Assembly (NCBI GenBank): GCA_963701965.1
Contig: OY969695.1
Location: 1,984,001-2,048,000, forward strand
DNA length: 64,000 nt
Direction: 5' to 3'
Origin: an uncultured Gemmatimonadales bacterium
GTDB taxonomy: Bacteria; Gemmatimonadota; Gemmatimonadetes; Gemmatimonadales; Gemmatimonadaceae
Positions 18,868 through 27,972 of the stretch are shown here, piece after piece (positions within the stretch are counted from its first letter, which is position 1; each line of letters starts with the position of its first letter). A program made the translations under genes and the position numbers. Below the pieces are notes generated by a model that was given only the letters and a program-made list of their open reading frames with translations, was not told where the DNA came from and did not search any database.

Positions 18868-20785
18868 CACACTCGTCATTCTCGCCCTCTCGGCCGTGGC
18901 GCTGCGTGCCAACGCGCAGGGGCCACTGTCCCCAGAGGAGCTCACCAACATTCGATCCGTCGTGGGCACGGCGGCGCCGCAATGGTCGCCCGATGGGTCC
19001 CGTTTGATGTTCGCCTCACCCCTCGGCGGGTCGGACCTGTGGACCATCCCCGCGACGGGTGGTTTCCCGGTGCCGCTCGACGTCGACATGGGCGAGGTCG
19101 CATTTCTGCAGGGACACCAGCCGACGTTCTCGCCCGACGGAAAATGGATCGCCTATATCTCCAACAAGACGGGCGCGGCGGAGATGTTCGCGACGTCGCT
19201 CGAGGATGGACGGGCGATCCAGCTGACGCATCTCGGGGCCCGCATCAATTCGTACTCCTGGTCGCCGGACAGCCGGTGGATCGCCGTCGCCAATGATCGC
19301 TCCGGGAGCTACGACATTTATAAGGTCGCGGTGCCGACGGGAGCCATCACCCGCCTGACCACGGATACCCGATATGAGGTGTATCCGTCGTGGACGCCGG
19401 ACAGCAAGCGCATCGTCTACGTCCGACTCGATGATCGCTGGCTGGACCATGACGTGCTGACGATCGACGCCGACGGCGGACGGGTCCCGCAGGTGGTGGT
19501 CAAGGACACGGACTTCTTCGACTACGGCGCCGGCCAGACGTTCGGGTACCCGCAGATCTCGCCCGACGGGTCGACGCTGCTCTTTCGCTCCCAACGCAGC
19601 GGCTGGATCAACTACTGGACGGTGCCGCTGGCCGGCGGGACGCCCAAGCTGCTGGCCCCGGAGGCGGCGAATCAAAACGGCGCCCACTGGAGCCCGGACG
19701 GCAAGTCAATCCTGTACGTCGCCCTGTGGAACGGCACGCAGGACCTTCGCGTGGTCGCCGCCAGCGGCGGCACGCCGCGCGTGCTCGTCAAACCCGCCGA
19801 CCAGGGATACATCGATAACGCCTCCTGGTCCCCGGATGGCGCGCACGTCAGCTACACGATGGCCACGACGACGGCGCCCGCGGACCTGTACGTGGTGGCC
19901 GCCGCCGGCGGCACGCCTAATCGTCTCACGATCTCCGTGGCGCCGTCGTTTCGCGACGCGGCGCTGATCGTGCCGAAGAAGATTCACTACAAAGCCGTGG
20001 ACGGCGTCACCACGGCGGCCTACCTCTACGAGCCGCGGCTCGCCGCGGGCCAGAAGGCGCCGGGCATTCTCCTGATCCACGGGGGACCGACCAGCTCGTG
20101 GAACGACACGTATCAGGTCCAGGCGCAGTTCTTCACCATGCGGGGCTACGCGGTACTGCTGCCGAATATCCGGGGCAGCTCGGGTTATGGCAAACCGTTC
20201 GAGGACTCGAACAACGGGTGCTGGGGCCGGTGCGACCTCAAGGACGTCGAGGGCGGCGTCGCTTATCTCAAGACGCTCCCGTACATTGATGCGGCGCACA
20301 TGGGCATCACCGGCACCAGTTACGGCGGGATCATGACGCTGGACGCCGCGGCGTTCGCGCCCGGGCTCTTTCAAGCGGGCATCGCGGCGTCGGGCTATGG
20401 GGACTGGCTGGCGTTCACCGATGAGCAGGAGATGCGCCACATCAAGCTGCTGCACTACGAGCTGGGCTATCTCCCGCAGGCCGAGAAGCTGTACCGGAAT
20501 CTGTCGGCGATCTACTACATCGACTCGATCCAGACGCCGCTCTTCCTGGTGCACGGCGAAGGCAAGTCCCTGCCGCGGTCCGACGCGTCCAAGATCTTCG
20601 TCGATCGGATGGAGATGAAGTACAAGCCCGTGCGGTACAAGACCTACCCGAACGAGAACTACTACATCCAGAGCGCCGCGAACATCCGGGTGCTCATGGT
20701 GGACATGCTGGCGTTCTTCGAGCAATACTTGCGCGATCCGGGGAGCGAGACGGCGACGGCGTCGGGTCTTTCACCGCATCGTTAG
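18857..20785 (+). CDS. S9 (prolyl oligopeptidase/acylaminoacyl peptidase)-like protein with PD40/TolB-type propeller
   Basis: Repeated WSPDG blades; HGGP, NIRGSSGYG, GTSYGG. The canonical Asp and His motifs are altered (see findings). Confidence 0.88.
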   Translation: MHNNTLVILALSAVALRANAQGPLSPEELTNIRSVVGTAAPQWSPDGSRLMFASPLGGSDLWTIPATGGFPVPLDVDMGEVAFLQGHQPTFSPDGKWIAYISNKTGAAEMFATSLEDGRAIQLTHLGARINSYSWSPDSRWIAVANDRSGSYDIYKVAVPTGAITRLTTDTRYEVYPSWTPDSKRIVYVRLDDRWLDHDVLTIDADGGRVPQVVVKDTDFFDYGAGQTFGYPQISPDGSTLLFRSQRSGWINYWTVPLAGGTPKLLAPEAANQNGAHWSPDGKSILYVALWNGTQDLRVVAASGGTPRVLVKPADQGYIDNASWSPDGAHVSYTMATTTAPADLYVVAAAGGTPNRLTISVAPSFRDAALIVPKKIHYKAVDGVTTAAYLYEPRLAAGQKAPGILLIHGGPTSSWNDTYQVQAQFFTMRGYAVLLPNIRGSSGYGKPFEDSNNGCWGRCDLKDVEGGVAYLKTLPYIDAAHMGITGTSYGGIMTLDAAAFAPGLFQAGIAASGYGDWLAFTDEQEMRHIKLLHYELGYLPQAEKLYRNLSAIYYIDSIQTPLFLVHGEGKSLPRSDASKIFVDRMEMKYKPVRYKTYPNENYYIQSAANIRVLMVDMLAFFEQYLRDPGSETATASGLSPHR

Positions 20786-20826
20786 TCGAATCCAGGACCT
20801 GGTCGGCCGCCGTCTCGGGGTCGACC
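20785..20826 (+). repeat. 42-bp imperfect direct repeat, copy 1 (copy 2 at 21389-21430)
   Basis: GTCGAATCCAGGACCTGGTCGGCCGCCGTCTCGGGGTCGACC vs GTCGAATCCTGGGCCCGGTCGGCCGCCGTCTCGGGGCCGACC; 38/42 identical. Confidence 0.9.
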
Positions 20827-20870
20827 GGGTCCCCTGGACGCTGGGCGTGCCCAGGAGAATTTTTCCAGTC

Positions 20871-21356
20871 ATGGACACTCGCCTCGTGGGACTCGCCGAT
20901 CTGCTGAAGTGGAATACGCTGCTCTTTCGGAACTGCCTGGATGGAGTCTCGCCGGAGCAATCGTTCATGCGCCCAACGCCCAAGACGAACCATCTCGCCT
21001 TCGTGGCGGCGCACGTCACGGACTCGCGATATAACCTGCTGAAGGTGCTCGGCGCCCAGCGGCCGAGCCCGATGCAGCAATACATTGGGAAAGCGCGCGC
21101 GTTGGATGAAATCGAGCGCTGGCCGACGCTAACCGAAACGCTGGACGCATGGACGAAAGCAGGACATGCGTTGCGCGATCGGCTGGACTCCCTGACAACC
21201 GCCGATGTCGCGGCGCCGATGGATCCGCCGTTTCTCGGCCCCGACAAGACGCGGTTGGACGGGCTCTCGTTCCTGGCCCAGCACGAGAGCTACCATATCG
21301 GGCAACTCTCGCTCCTGCGCACGTTCGTCGGCTTACCGGCGATGAGGTACTCGTAG
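20871..21356 (+). CDS. DinB/YfiT-family protein
   Basis: NHLAFVAAHV and C-terminal QHESYHIGQL His motifs typical of the DinB superfamily. Confidence 0.85.
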   Translation: MDTRLVGLADLLKWNTLLFRNCLDGVSPEQSFMRPTPKTNHLAFVAAHVTDSRYNLLKVLGAQRPSPMQQYIGKARALDEIERWPTLTETLDAWTKAGHALRDRLDSLTTADVAAPMDPPFLGPDKTRLDGLSFLAQHESYHIGQLSLLRTFVGLPAMRYS

Positions 21357-21357
21357 C

Positions 21358-22146
21358 CTATGGCGTCGAGTCTTTCGCCGAGTCGCCCGTCGAATCCTGG
21401 GCCCGGTCGGCCGCCGTCTCGGGGCCGACCCCGATCGTGCGCAGGTAGAGATTCAGGGATCCGAACGACAGCTTGGATTTGATCTGGAGGACGGCGCGCG
21501 TCGAGTCGTTGGACACCCAGACTTCGGCGTGCCCGCCTTCGGAGAAGATGCCCGGGGTCTTGAAGATCGGCTGCACGACGAGGGCGTCGAACTTGCCCGC
21601 CGGGACCTCTACCTTTTCCTGGCGCAACACCTTGAGAATGACGGGATTGATCTTGGGCCGGAAATACCGGTCCCACTGATACGTTTGTCCCACGACCAAG
21701 GGCTGGGTACGGACGAAATACAGGAAGGTCGCATCATCGAGCGGCTGCTCCACCGATTGCTCGACGGCCTTCCCCTCCTGCTGCATGGCCTTCATGTCGG
21801 GGTAGAACTCGAACCGCCGATGCACGTGCCGGCCGCCCTCGTTGACGTCCTGCCAGAACCGGAGCGACGTCATCGTCTTGGGGTCGAACCAGCTTTGCGT
21901 CGTGTCGTTCACGTGATAGAACAACGCGCTCCCCTGCACTACGAAGAGAACGTGGAGCACGTGCCGGCCACGCAGCGTGTCGGAGCCCACGATCTCCAGC
22001 GTCGCGTGCCCGACGCGCAGCGACCCGAATTTCACGTTGTACGTGAAGCGCTCGCCTTCGTGGAACGGCACGCGCGCCACGGTGTCGGTTTGGGCGGCGG
22101 CGCGGACCCCAAAGACCAGCGCCGCGAGAAGCAGAAATCGCGTCAC
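21358..22146 (-). CDS. DUF3108-like secreted protein
   Basis: Signal peptide from GTG at 22146 (GTGA overlap); PFHEGERFTYNVKFG and EKVEVPAGKFDA motifs. Confidence 0.75.
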   Translation of the reverse strand: MTRFLLLAALVFGVRAAAQTDTVARVPFHEGERFTYNVKFGSLRVGHATLEIVGSDTLRGRHVLHVLFVVQGSALFYHVNDTTQSWFDPKTMTSLRFWQDVNEGGRHVHRRFEFYPDMKAMQQEGKAVEQSVEQPLDDATFLYFVRTQPLVVGQTYQWDRYFRPKINPVILKVLRQEKVEVPAGKFDALVVQPIFKTPGIFSEGGHAEVWVSNDSTRAVLQIKSKLSFGSLNLYLRTIGVGPETAADRAQDSTGDSAKDSTP

Positions 22147-23315
22147 GCCAACGCGGGCTGGGGACGCGGGGCCACCGCGCGACGGCGCGCGATCTGCGCC
22201 CGGAGGCGCAGCAGCCAGAAGAGCACCACGGCGGTCGCCAGCAACGCCGACCGGCCTTCCCATGTGCGCCGGACATCGAACACCGCCACCGGTCGCGCGA
22301 GACGCCGCCCGTCGTACCGGATGACGGGATTCAGGAACATGACGGAGTGTCGGGTCGCGATCACGGTCCGCACATAGGGGTCGTCGGGTCGCAGGACGTA
22401 GGATGCCGAGCGTACGCCGAGCGCACGGCCCCGCAGCACGCCGCCTTGGCCAATGAAGTCGATACGGGTCACGGGTGTATCGCAGCTCACTACCAGCGTA
22501 TCACCGTGAACGTCGATTCGTTCCGGGTGGGCATCGCTCTGGGCATGATGACCGGCGACGGCATAGGCCCGGCCGGCCCGCAGCGCCCCCACGATGTCCG
22601 CGGCCTTGGTGCTCGTGCTGTAGACCATAGTCCACATCGCGCCGGTCTGGCCGGGGTCACGAACATCGTGCGAGTCGTCGCTGCCCAGCGCCCACACGGG
22701 GTGCCCCGACGACAAGGCGGCGTCCCATAGGGAGTCGGACACGACGAAGTGGTTGAGCACTTCGATGAAATCGTAGTGGGTCAGCATCCGCAGATCACGC
22801 ACCGAGTAGGCGCCGCGCAGTCCTGGATGCGCGATAGCCACGAGTCCGGCCTGGGCCGCGACCTGGTCGATGACGTATTGCTTTTGGGCGCGCGTCTGGA
22901 AGAGTGGGAAATCGAGCCAGGCGACGTGGCGGGCGTCGATCGCCAGGAGATGACTCTTCAGGATGTTGTAGCCGTGTTCGTACGTGGGCACGAACGTGGA
23001 GTCGCCGCCTCGGGCCCGGCGCTGGTCGATCTGCATGTAGTCGGAAACGCCATCGACATCATACCCGAGCGATCGGTATCGGCTCACGACCGCGCTATCG
23101 GTCTGGCGCGCTTCGGTCAGCCCACCCCACGCCCGGCCATGGGCATGAAAGTTCGCCGTGCGCCACTCCCCGCCATCCCCCAGCCCTTGGTACGGATTGT
23201 ACAGGGCTGGGCCGGCGAATGGGGCGGGCGCTGGGAAATCGTAAACCGGAACGAGAACGTACGGCGCAACAACGAAGGTAACGATGACGCCGACGACCAG
23301 GAGTGTACGTCGCAC
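22143..23315 (-). CDS. Membrane-anchored PHP-domain metallophosphoesterase-like protein
   Basis: NFHAH, SDY, EHG...H, AHP and GSDDSH motifs; N- and C-terminal hydrophobic segments. Confidence 0.7.
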   Translation of the reverse strand: MRRTLLVVGVIVTFVVAPYVLVPVYDFPAPAPFAGPALYNPYQGLGDGGEWRTANFHAHGRAWGGLTEARQTDSAVVSRYRSLGYDVDGVSDYMQIDQRRARGGDSTFVPTYEHGYNILKSHLLAIDARHVAWLDFPLFQTRAQKQYVIDQVAAQAGLVAIAHPGLRGAYSVRDLRMLTHYDFIEVLNHFVVSDSLWDAALSSGHPVWALGSDDSHDVRDPGQTGAMWTMVYSTSTKAADIVGALRAGRAYAVAGHHAQSDAHPERIDVHGDTLVVSCDTPVTRIDFIGQGGVLRGRALGVRSASYVLRPDDPYVRTVIATRHSVMFLNPVIRYDGRRLARPVAVFDVRRTWEGRSALLATAVVLFWLLRLRAQIARRRAVAPRPQPALA

Positions 23316-23335
23316 CGCATAGGAGTATAGCCGGC

Positions 23336-24322
23336 TTACGGCCCGAACACGAGCACGGCAAACGTGCCCGGAACGACACTGGGACGCGGCGGAGGCGTCA
23401 GCTCAGCGCCGATGAGATATGCGCGGTGCGAGGTCGGGTCCACGGCGATGGTGCGGACGCCGTTCTGGGTATTCACGGTCTCAGCGACGCGATAGCCGTT
23501 CGGCCCGTCGGCCGCCACGACGGTGAGGGTCCCGTCACCATTGGCGCTGAACGCGAGGCCGGTGCCGGGATCGTAGTCGACGGCGTCCACACCATCGCCG
23601 ATCGGCACGGTCGAGACGACGGACCCGGTCTCGATGTCGGAGATCGCCATCACTTTGTTGTGACACCCGCTGAACAGCCGGCGGTGCACGCGATCGATGG
23701 CGAGCGCGGCGGGAACGTGGCAAGGCGCCACGGACCACCGGCGCAGCACGGCCAGGGTCTTGACGTCGATCTCCGCCACGGAGTCGGCGTGCTCGAGGTT
23801 CACGTAGGCACGGCCGCGACCGTCGACCGCGCCGTAGCCCGGCGAGGCGCCCAAGGGCACCGTGCCGACGATGGTGCCTTTCGCGGCGTCGATCACGGTG
23901 ACGTCGTTGCCGTTGCCATTGAACGTGAGCACGCGCTTGGTCGCGGGATCGTAGACGATGGCGTCGGGATCGTCGCCGGTGCCGGTGACGACGCCGATCG
24001 TGGCCAGTGTCTTGAGATCGAAGATGGTCACACTGGCGGTACGCCCGTTGCTGGTGTAGCCCCGACCCAGCTCGTTGGCCAGGGCGACGCCGTGCACCCC
24101 GTCGGTGTGGACAATGGCGCCGAGTTGGCCCCCGGTCTTGGCATCCACGACGTCGACGTGGGCGCCGTGGGTGACGAACAGCCGGTGGGTCGCGGTGTCG
24201 ACGGTGAGATAGTCCCAACCGCTGGCGCCACCGAGGACAACCTTCGCAATCAGATGATAGCCTGGATCGGTGGCAAGGATCAGAGACCCGAGCACCGCGA
24301 GCAAATAGGTGAGGATGCGCAT
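23336..24322 (-). CDS. YncE-family beta-propeller protein
   Basis: GWDYLTVD, GVHGVA, DPDAIVYDP, PIGDGVDAVDYDP repeats; signal peptide MRILTYLLA. Confidence 0.82.
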   Translation of the reverse strand: MRILTYLLAVLGSLILATDPGYHLIAKVVLGGASGWDYLTVDTATHRLFVTHGAHVDVVDAKTGGQLGAIVHTDGVHGVALANELGRGYTSNGRTASVTIFDLKTLATIGVVTGTGDDPDAIVYDPATKRVLTFNGNGNDVTVIDAAKGTIVGTVPLGASPGYGAVDGRGRAYVNLEHADSVAEIDVKTLAVLRRWSVAPCHVPAALAIDRVHRRLFSGCHNKVMAISDIETGSVVSTVPIGDGVDAVDYDPGTGLAFSANGDGTLTVVAADGPNGYRVAETVNTQNGVRTIAVDPTSHRAYLIGAELTPPPRPSVVPGTFAVLVFGP

Positions 24323-24411
24323 GCGCACAGTCTGGCGCGCCCATGGGCGGATGCGCACGGCCGCCAGCGGCACGTATTGTCCGGCAGGCACGTGTCAGGT
24401 GACATTTGGTC

Positions 24412-25518
24412 ATGAACCACCCGTCCGACATGGTGCGGGGCTCGGCTATTGTCTACCGGCTGTACGACGTTGGCTACGAGATCCACTTGGACCGCGCCAT
24501 CGATCTCCTGTCCGGGGCGGGGAATGCCAGCGCTCCGCTGCGCGTGCGTCCCGTTCGTGGCGAAGCGCAAGCGATCCAGATCGCCAACCCGCCGATTACG
24601 GTCGCGCTCGGCGCCGAGGTAGTGGCCGCGCCAGGGGTGTGCGGGCCGGCGGAAGTCTCGGCGCGCATCTTCGATTTCGGAGTGGTGTCGTTGCGGCTGA
24701 CGATTCCGGCTGAGGAGATGACATGGCCGGAGTTCACGCGGTTCGGGAACGCGGTGGACGTCAAGATCGACTTGAGTCCGGTGTTCGAGCGCCACCTGAC
24801 GGCGCTGCTGGCGCGCATCGCGCCGGCGGTCGAACGGCAGGTGGTGCAGACGGTCACCGAAGACTACGTGGTGTTTCGCATCACGTCGGAGACGAGCGCC
24901 GAGACGCTGCGCGATGAGAACATCGTCCCGCTGCTCTTGAACGAACGGCGGCCGTTGTCGAATACGGCAAAGGCCGAGCTACTGCCGCACCGGTTTTCCT
25001 ACTATACCGACGATCTCACGATCCTGACGTGGGACAATGCGCTCATCGTCGAACCCTCGGCCGACGACGCGGACGTGCAGTACATCCTGGAGTTCGCCAA
25101 CGCCCAACTGTTGGAGCTCCGCGTCTACGACGCCATCCTCGACGCCGAGCTGCCGAAGATGTACGACCGCGTGGCGATCGCGCGGCCCCGGGGCGTGACG
25201 CTCTTGCGGGGCCGCTACGCGTCGATCCTCGCCGACCTGCAGGCTTTGGTCGCCGACTCCACCGAGTTGGTCGAGCGCGTGGAGAGCGCGCTCAAGGTCA
25301 CCGACGACGTCTACCTGGCGCGGATCTACACCGCGGCGCTGGAGATCTTTCGCGGCCGGGAATGGCGGCGGGGGATCGACCGCAAGCTGTCGATCATCCG
25401 CGAGACCTACGACATGCTGAACGGCGAGTCCCAGGCGGCGCGGTCAGAGGCCCTGGAGATCCTCGTGGTCGCGCTCATCGCGGCCGAGATCCTGTTGGCG
25501 ATCTTGATGCGGCATTAG
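24412..25518 (+). CDS. RMD1/DUF155-like membrane protein
   Basis: YRLYDVGYEI, ILEFANAQLLELRVYD, DVYLARIY and C-terminal LEILVVALI transmembrane helix. Confidence 0.7.
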   Translation: MNHPSDMVRGSAIVYRLYDVGYEIHLDRAIDLLSGAGNASAPLRVRPVRGEAQAIQIANPPITVALGAEVVAAPGVCGPAEVSARIFDFGVVSLRLTIPAEEMTWPEFTRFGNAVDVKIDLSPVFERHLTALLARIAPAVERQVVQTVTEDYVVFRITSETSAETLRDENIVPLLLNERRPLSNTAKAELLPHRFSYYTDDLTILTWDNALIVEPSADDADVQYILEFANAQLLELRVYDAILDAELPKMYDRVAIARPRGVTLLRGRYASILADLQALVADSTELVERVESALKVTDDVYLARIYTAALEIFRGREWRRGIDRKLSIIRETYDMLNGESQAARSEALEILVVALIAAEILLAILMRH

Positions 25519-25522
25519 CCGC

Positions 25523-25561
25523 TTGCTCGCCGACGGCCCCTGTATGTACATTTATAGTATA
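25523..25561 (+). promoter_or_regulatory. Putative TA-operon promoter/operator
   Basis: AT-rich island in GC-rich DNA: TTGCTC (25523), palindrome ATGTACAT (25544-25551), TATAGT/TATAAT abutting the ATG. Confidence 0.45.
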
Positions 25562-25774
25562 ATGTCATTACAGGCCCGCAAGAAGACATCGCGAAAGACT
25601 TCGAAGACCTATCGCCTCGATACCACCCGCATCGAAGCGGCCCGAAAAGCGCTCGGCGCCAAGACTGCCACCGAGGCGATCGAGCGTGCCCTGGACCTCG
25701 TGGTCCTCCGCCGGGAGCTCGTCGAGGGGACGAAGCGTATGCTCGGCGTCCGGATCGAGCGGTCGGACGACTAG
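25562..25774 (+). CDS. vapB: Putative VapB-type antitoxin
   Basis: 70-aa basic protein (KTYRLD...ARKALGAKTATEAIERAL) directly upstream of a PIN-domain gene. Confidence 0.7.
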   Translation: MSLQARKKTSRKTSKTYRLDTTRIEAARKALGAKTATEAIERALDLVVLRRELVEGTKRMLGVRIERSDD

Positions 25775-25786
25775 CGCGACATCCCC

Positions 25787-26239
25787 GTGCGCCGTCGCAA
25801 GTACGCGCTCGATACGAACCTGTTCATTGATGGTTTCGCGACCCGCGAGGCCAATGCGGAGCTACAGGAGTTCCACGCCGTCTTTGCTCCCTACGAGTAC
25901 CTGAGCGCGGTAGTCGCGGCCGAGCTGCGCGCCGGCGCGCGCACCGCCGCCGACCGACTGGCGCTCCAGCGAGACGTCTTCCGCCCCTTCGAGCAGCGCG
26001 GGCGGGTCATCACCCCGTCCTATCGCGCGTGGTCGGAAGCCGGCGATGTCCTGGCGGCACTGGCGGCCTCCGAAGGCTTGGAGCTCAAACGAGTTACGCG
26101 GAACTTCGGGCACGACGTGCTGATCGCGGCCTCATGCCGCGAAGCCGGCACCATCGTCGTCACGCGGAACCGCCGTGATTGCGAGCGGATCGCTCGCGTA
26201 CTCCCGTTCGACTTCGTCGACGCCTACCCGACATCGTAG
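25787..26239 (+). CDS. vapC: PIN-domain VapC toxin
   Basis: LDTNLFI, VAAEL, DVLIAAS, VVTRNRRD acidic-residue pattern. Confidence 0.88.
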   Translation: MRRRKYALDTNLFIDGFATREANAELQEFHAVFAPYEYLSAVVAAELRAGARTAADRLALQRDVFRPFEQRGRVITPSYRAWSEAGDVLAALAASEGLELKRVTRNFGHDVLIAASCREAGTIVVTRNRRDCERIARVLPFDFVDAYPTS

Positions 26240-26504
26240 GTCTCTCCTGCCATTTCGCACTTTCGCATTTTCGCGCGGATTCGAACTCGTTACATGCGAA
26301 CTGGTGCGGCTGCTGGCGCGTTTGCGAGGCGCCGATCGGTCGTGGAGACGAACGCACGACGCATTGAAGGCATCGCCCGCGATTGGCAGACCGGCCGGTC
26401 TGCACAGCGACGTACCATCTGCCGATCGCGCAGACTTCGCCAACGACACCCGCAGCCGACGATCGCTGCTTGCGAGGCGTTATAACTCGTGCGACCCATC
26501 ACCA

Positions 26505-27726
26505 TTAGACGGTAAGCGAGCGCACTCCCTCCACGAACCGATCCACTTCCTCCTCCGTCGCATAGCACGCGCACCCCGCGCGGACGACGCCCTCGGGACA
26601 CACTTTCGCGATCACCGTCGATGCGTAGAAATCGCCGCTCGACGCGAAGAGAGCGGCCCTTGCCAGATGGCGTGCGACATCGTCGGGATGCGCGCCGCGG
26701 TAGGAGAACGACAGCGTCGACGTGCGCGGCCGGTCGGGCTTCGGCCCGTAGAGCGTCACCGCGGGGATCGCGGCGAGACCCATCCAGAGCCGCGTGAGCA
26801 GCGCGCGCCCCGCGTGATCGAGCGCCGTGAGCGACGAGACGAGACGCTGGCGTCGTGTGCCCGTCGCCAGAGCGAGCGACGCCAGGAAGTCGATCGCGGC
26901 GCGGGTGCCGATGATGCCCTCGTGATCGAGCGTGCCGGTCTCGAAACGCTCGGGCGCCGTATCAGGGGCTGGATCGAGCTTCGGCACATCGATCGACGAC
27001 AGCAGGCGACGCCTGGCCGTACAAGACGCCGACGTGCGGGCCGTAGAATTTGTACGCCGAGCAGGCGAGGAAGTCGCAATCCCACGCTCTGACGTCAATG
27101 ACGGCGTGCGGCGCGTAGTGCACCGCGTCGACGTAGAACAACGCGCCGGCACTGCGGGCCAGGCGCCCAATTGTCATCAGATCGTTGATCGTGCCAAGCG
27201 CGTTGGAAGCGGCACCGACGGCGACCAAGCGCGTGCGCGGGGACAGGAACCGGGACAGCGCCTCGAGATCGAGCTCGCCCGTGGCGGCATCGAACGGCAC
27301 TACCCGAATCGTGATACCACGCTCGCGCGCCAGCGCCTGCCATGGGGCGACGTTGCCCTGGTGATCCAGCTCGGTGACGATCACCTCGTCGCCCGGCCCC
27401 CACGCGCGCCCCAGCGCGCGGGCCACGTGGAACGTCAACGTCGTCATGTTGGCACCGAACACGATCTCGTCCGGCGTCGCGTTCACGAGATCGGCCGCCG
27501 CCGCGCGCGCGTCAGCGATCATCGCGTCGGTCTCCGCGCTCGACGGATACGGCCAGTGCGTGTTGGCGTTGTGATGATAGAGATAGTCCGCCATCGCCTC
27601 GACCACCGGCGTGGGCACCTGGGTGCCGCCCGGGCCGTCGAAATAGGCGACCGGGAGACCGTTGTGGCAACGCGTCAACGCCGGGAATGCGGCGCGGATC
27701 TCGGACGTCGTTTTAGGCGTCGTCAT
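26505..27726 (-). CDS. Cysteine desulfurase-like class V aminotransferase (VC1184-type), frameshifted at ~27015
   Basis: YFDGPGGTQVP, DAVHYAPH and CSAYKF (PLP lysine) in ORF 26962..27726 continue as ERFETGT...RAGCACY in ORF 26505..27170. GDFYA sits where SufS has GHHCA. Confidence 0.85.
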
Positions 27727-27768
27727 GGTTTAAAGCTAAGAATGAGCAAGTCACGAAGTGATCCAATA

Positions 27769-27972
27769 TCACGTCACCCAATCTCACGTCACCCAAGTTC
27801 ACGTCACTCAGTTCACGTCACGCAAGTTCACGTCACCCAGTTCACGTCACCCAGTTCACGTCACCCAGTTCACGTCACCCAGTTCACGTCACCCAGTTCA
27901 CGTCACCCAGTCTCACATCACCCAGTCTCACGTCACCCAGTCTCACGTCACCCAGTCTCACGTAATCCAATA
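27769..27972. repeat. Intergenic tandem repeat of 14-15-bp units TCACGTCACCCAGT(C), 13 units plus a degenerate 14th
   Basis: Units counted at 27769, 27784, 27799, 27813, 27828, 27842, 27856, 27870, 27884, 27898, 27913, 27928 and 27943. The unit at 27958 is the end of the MFS gene. Confidence 0.97.

Noticed and set aside
26240..26504. Intergenic stretch with TTTCGCA repeats as a possible ncRNA or tRNA
   Set aside because: Only three short repeats; no cloverleaf or recognisable RNA family; nothing further supportable.
27769..27972. Possible CRISPR array
   Set aside because: Units are 14-15 nt and contiguous with no unique spacers; no cas genes in the window.
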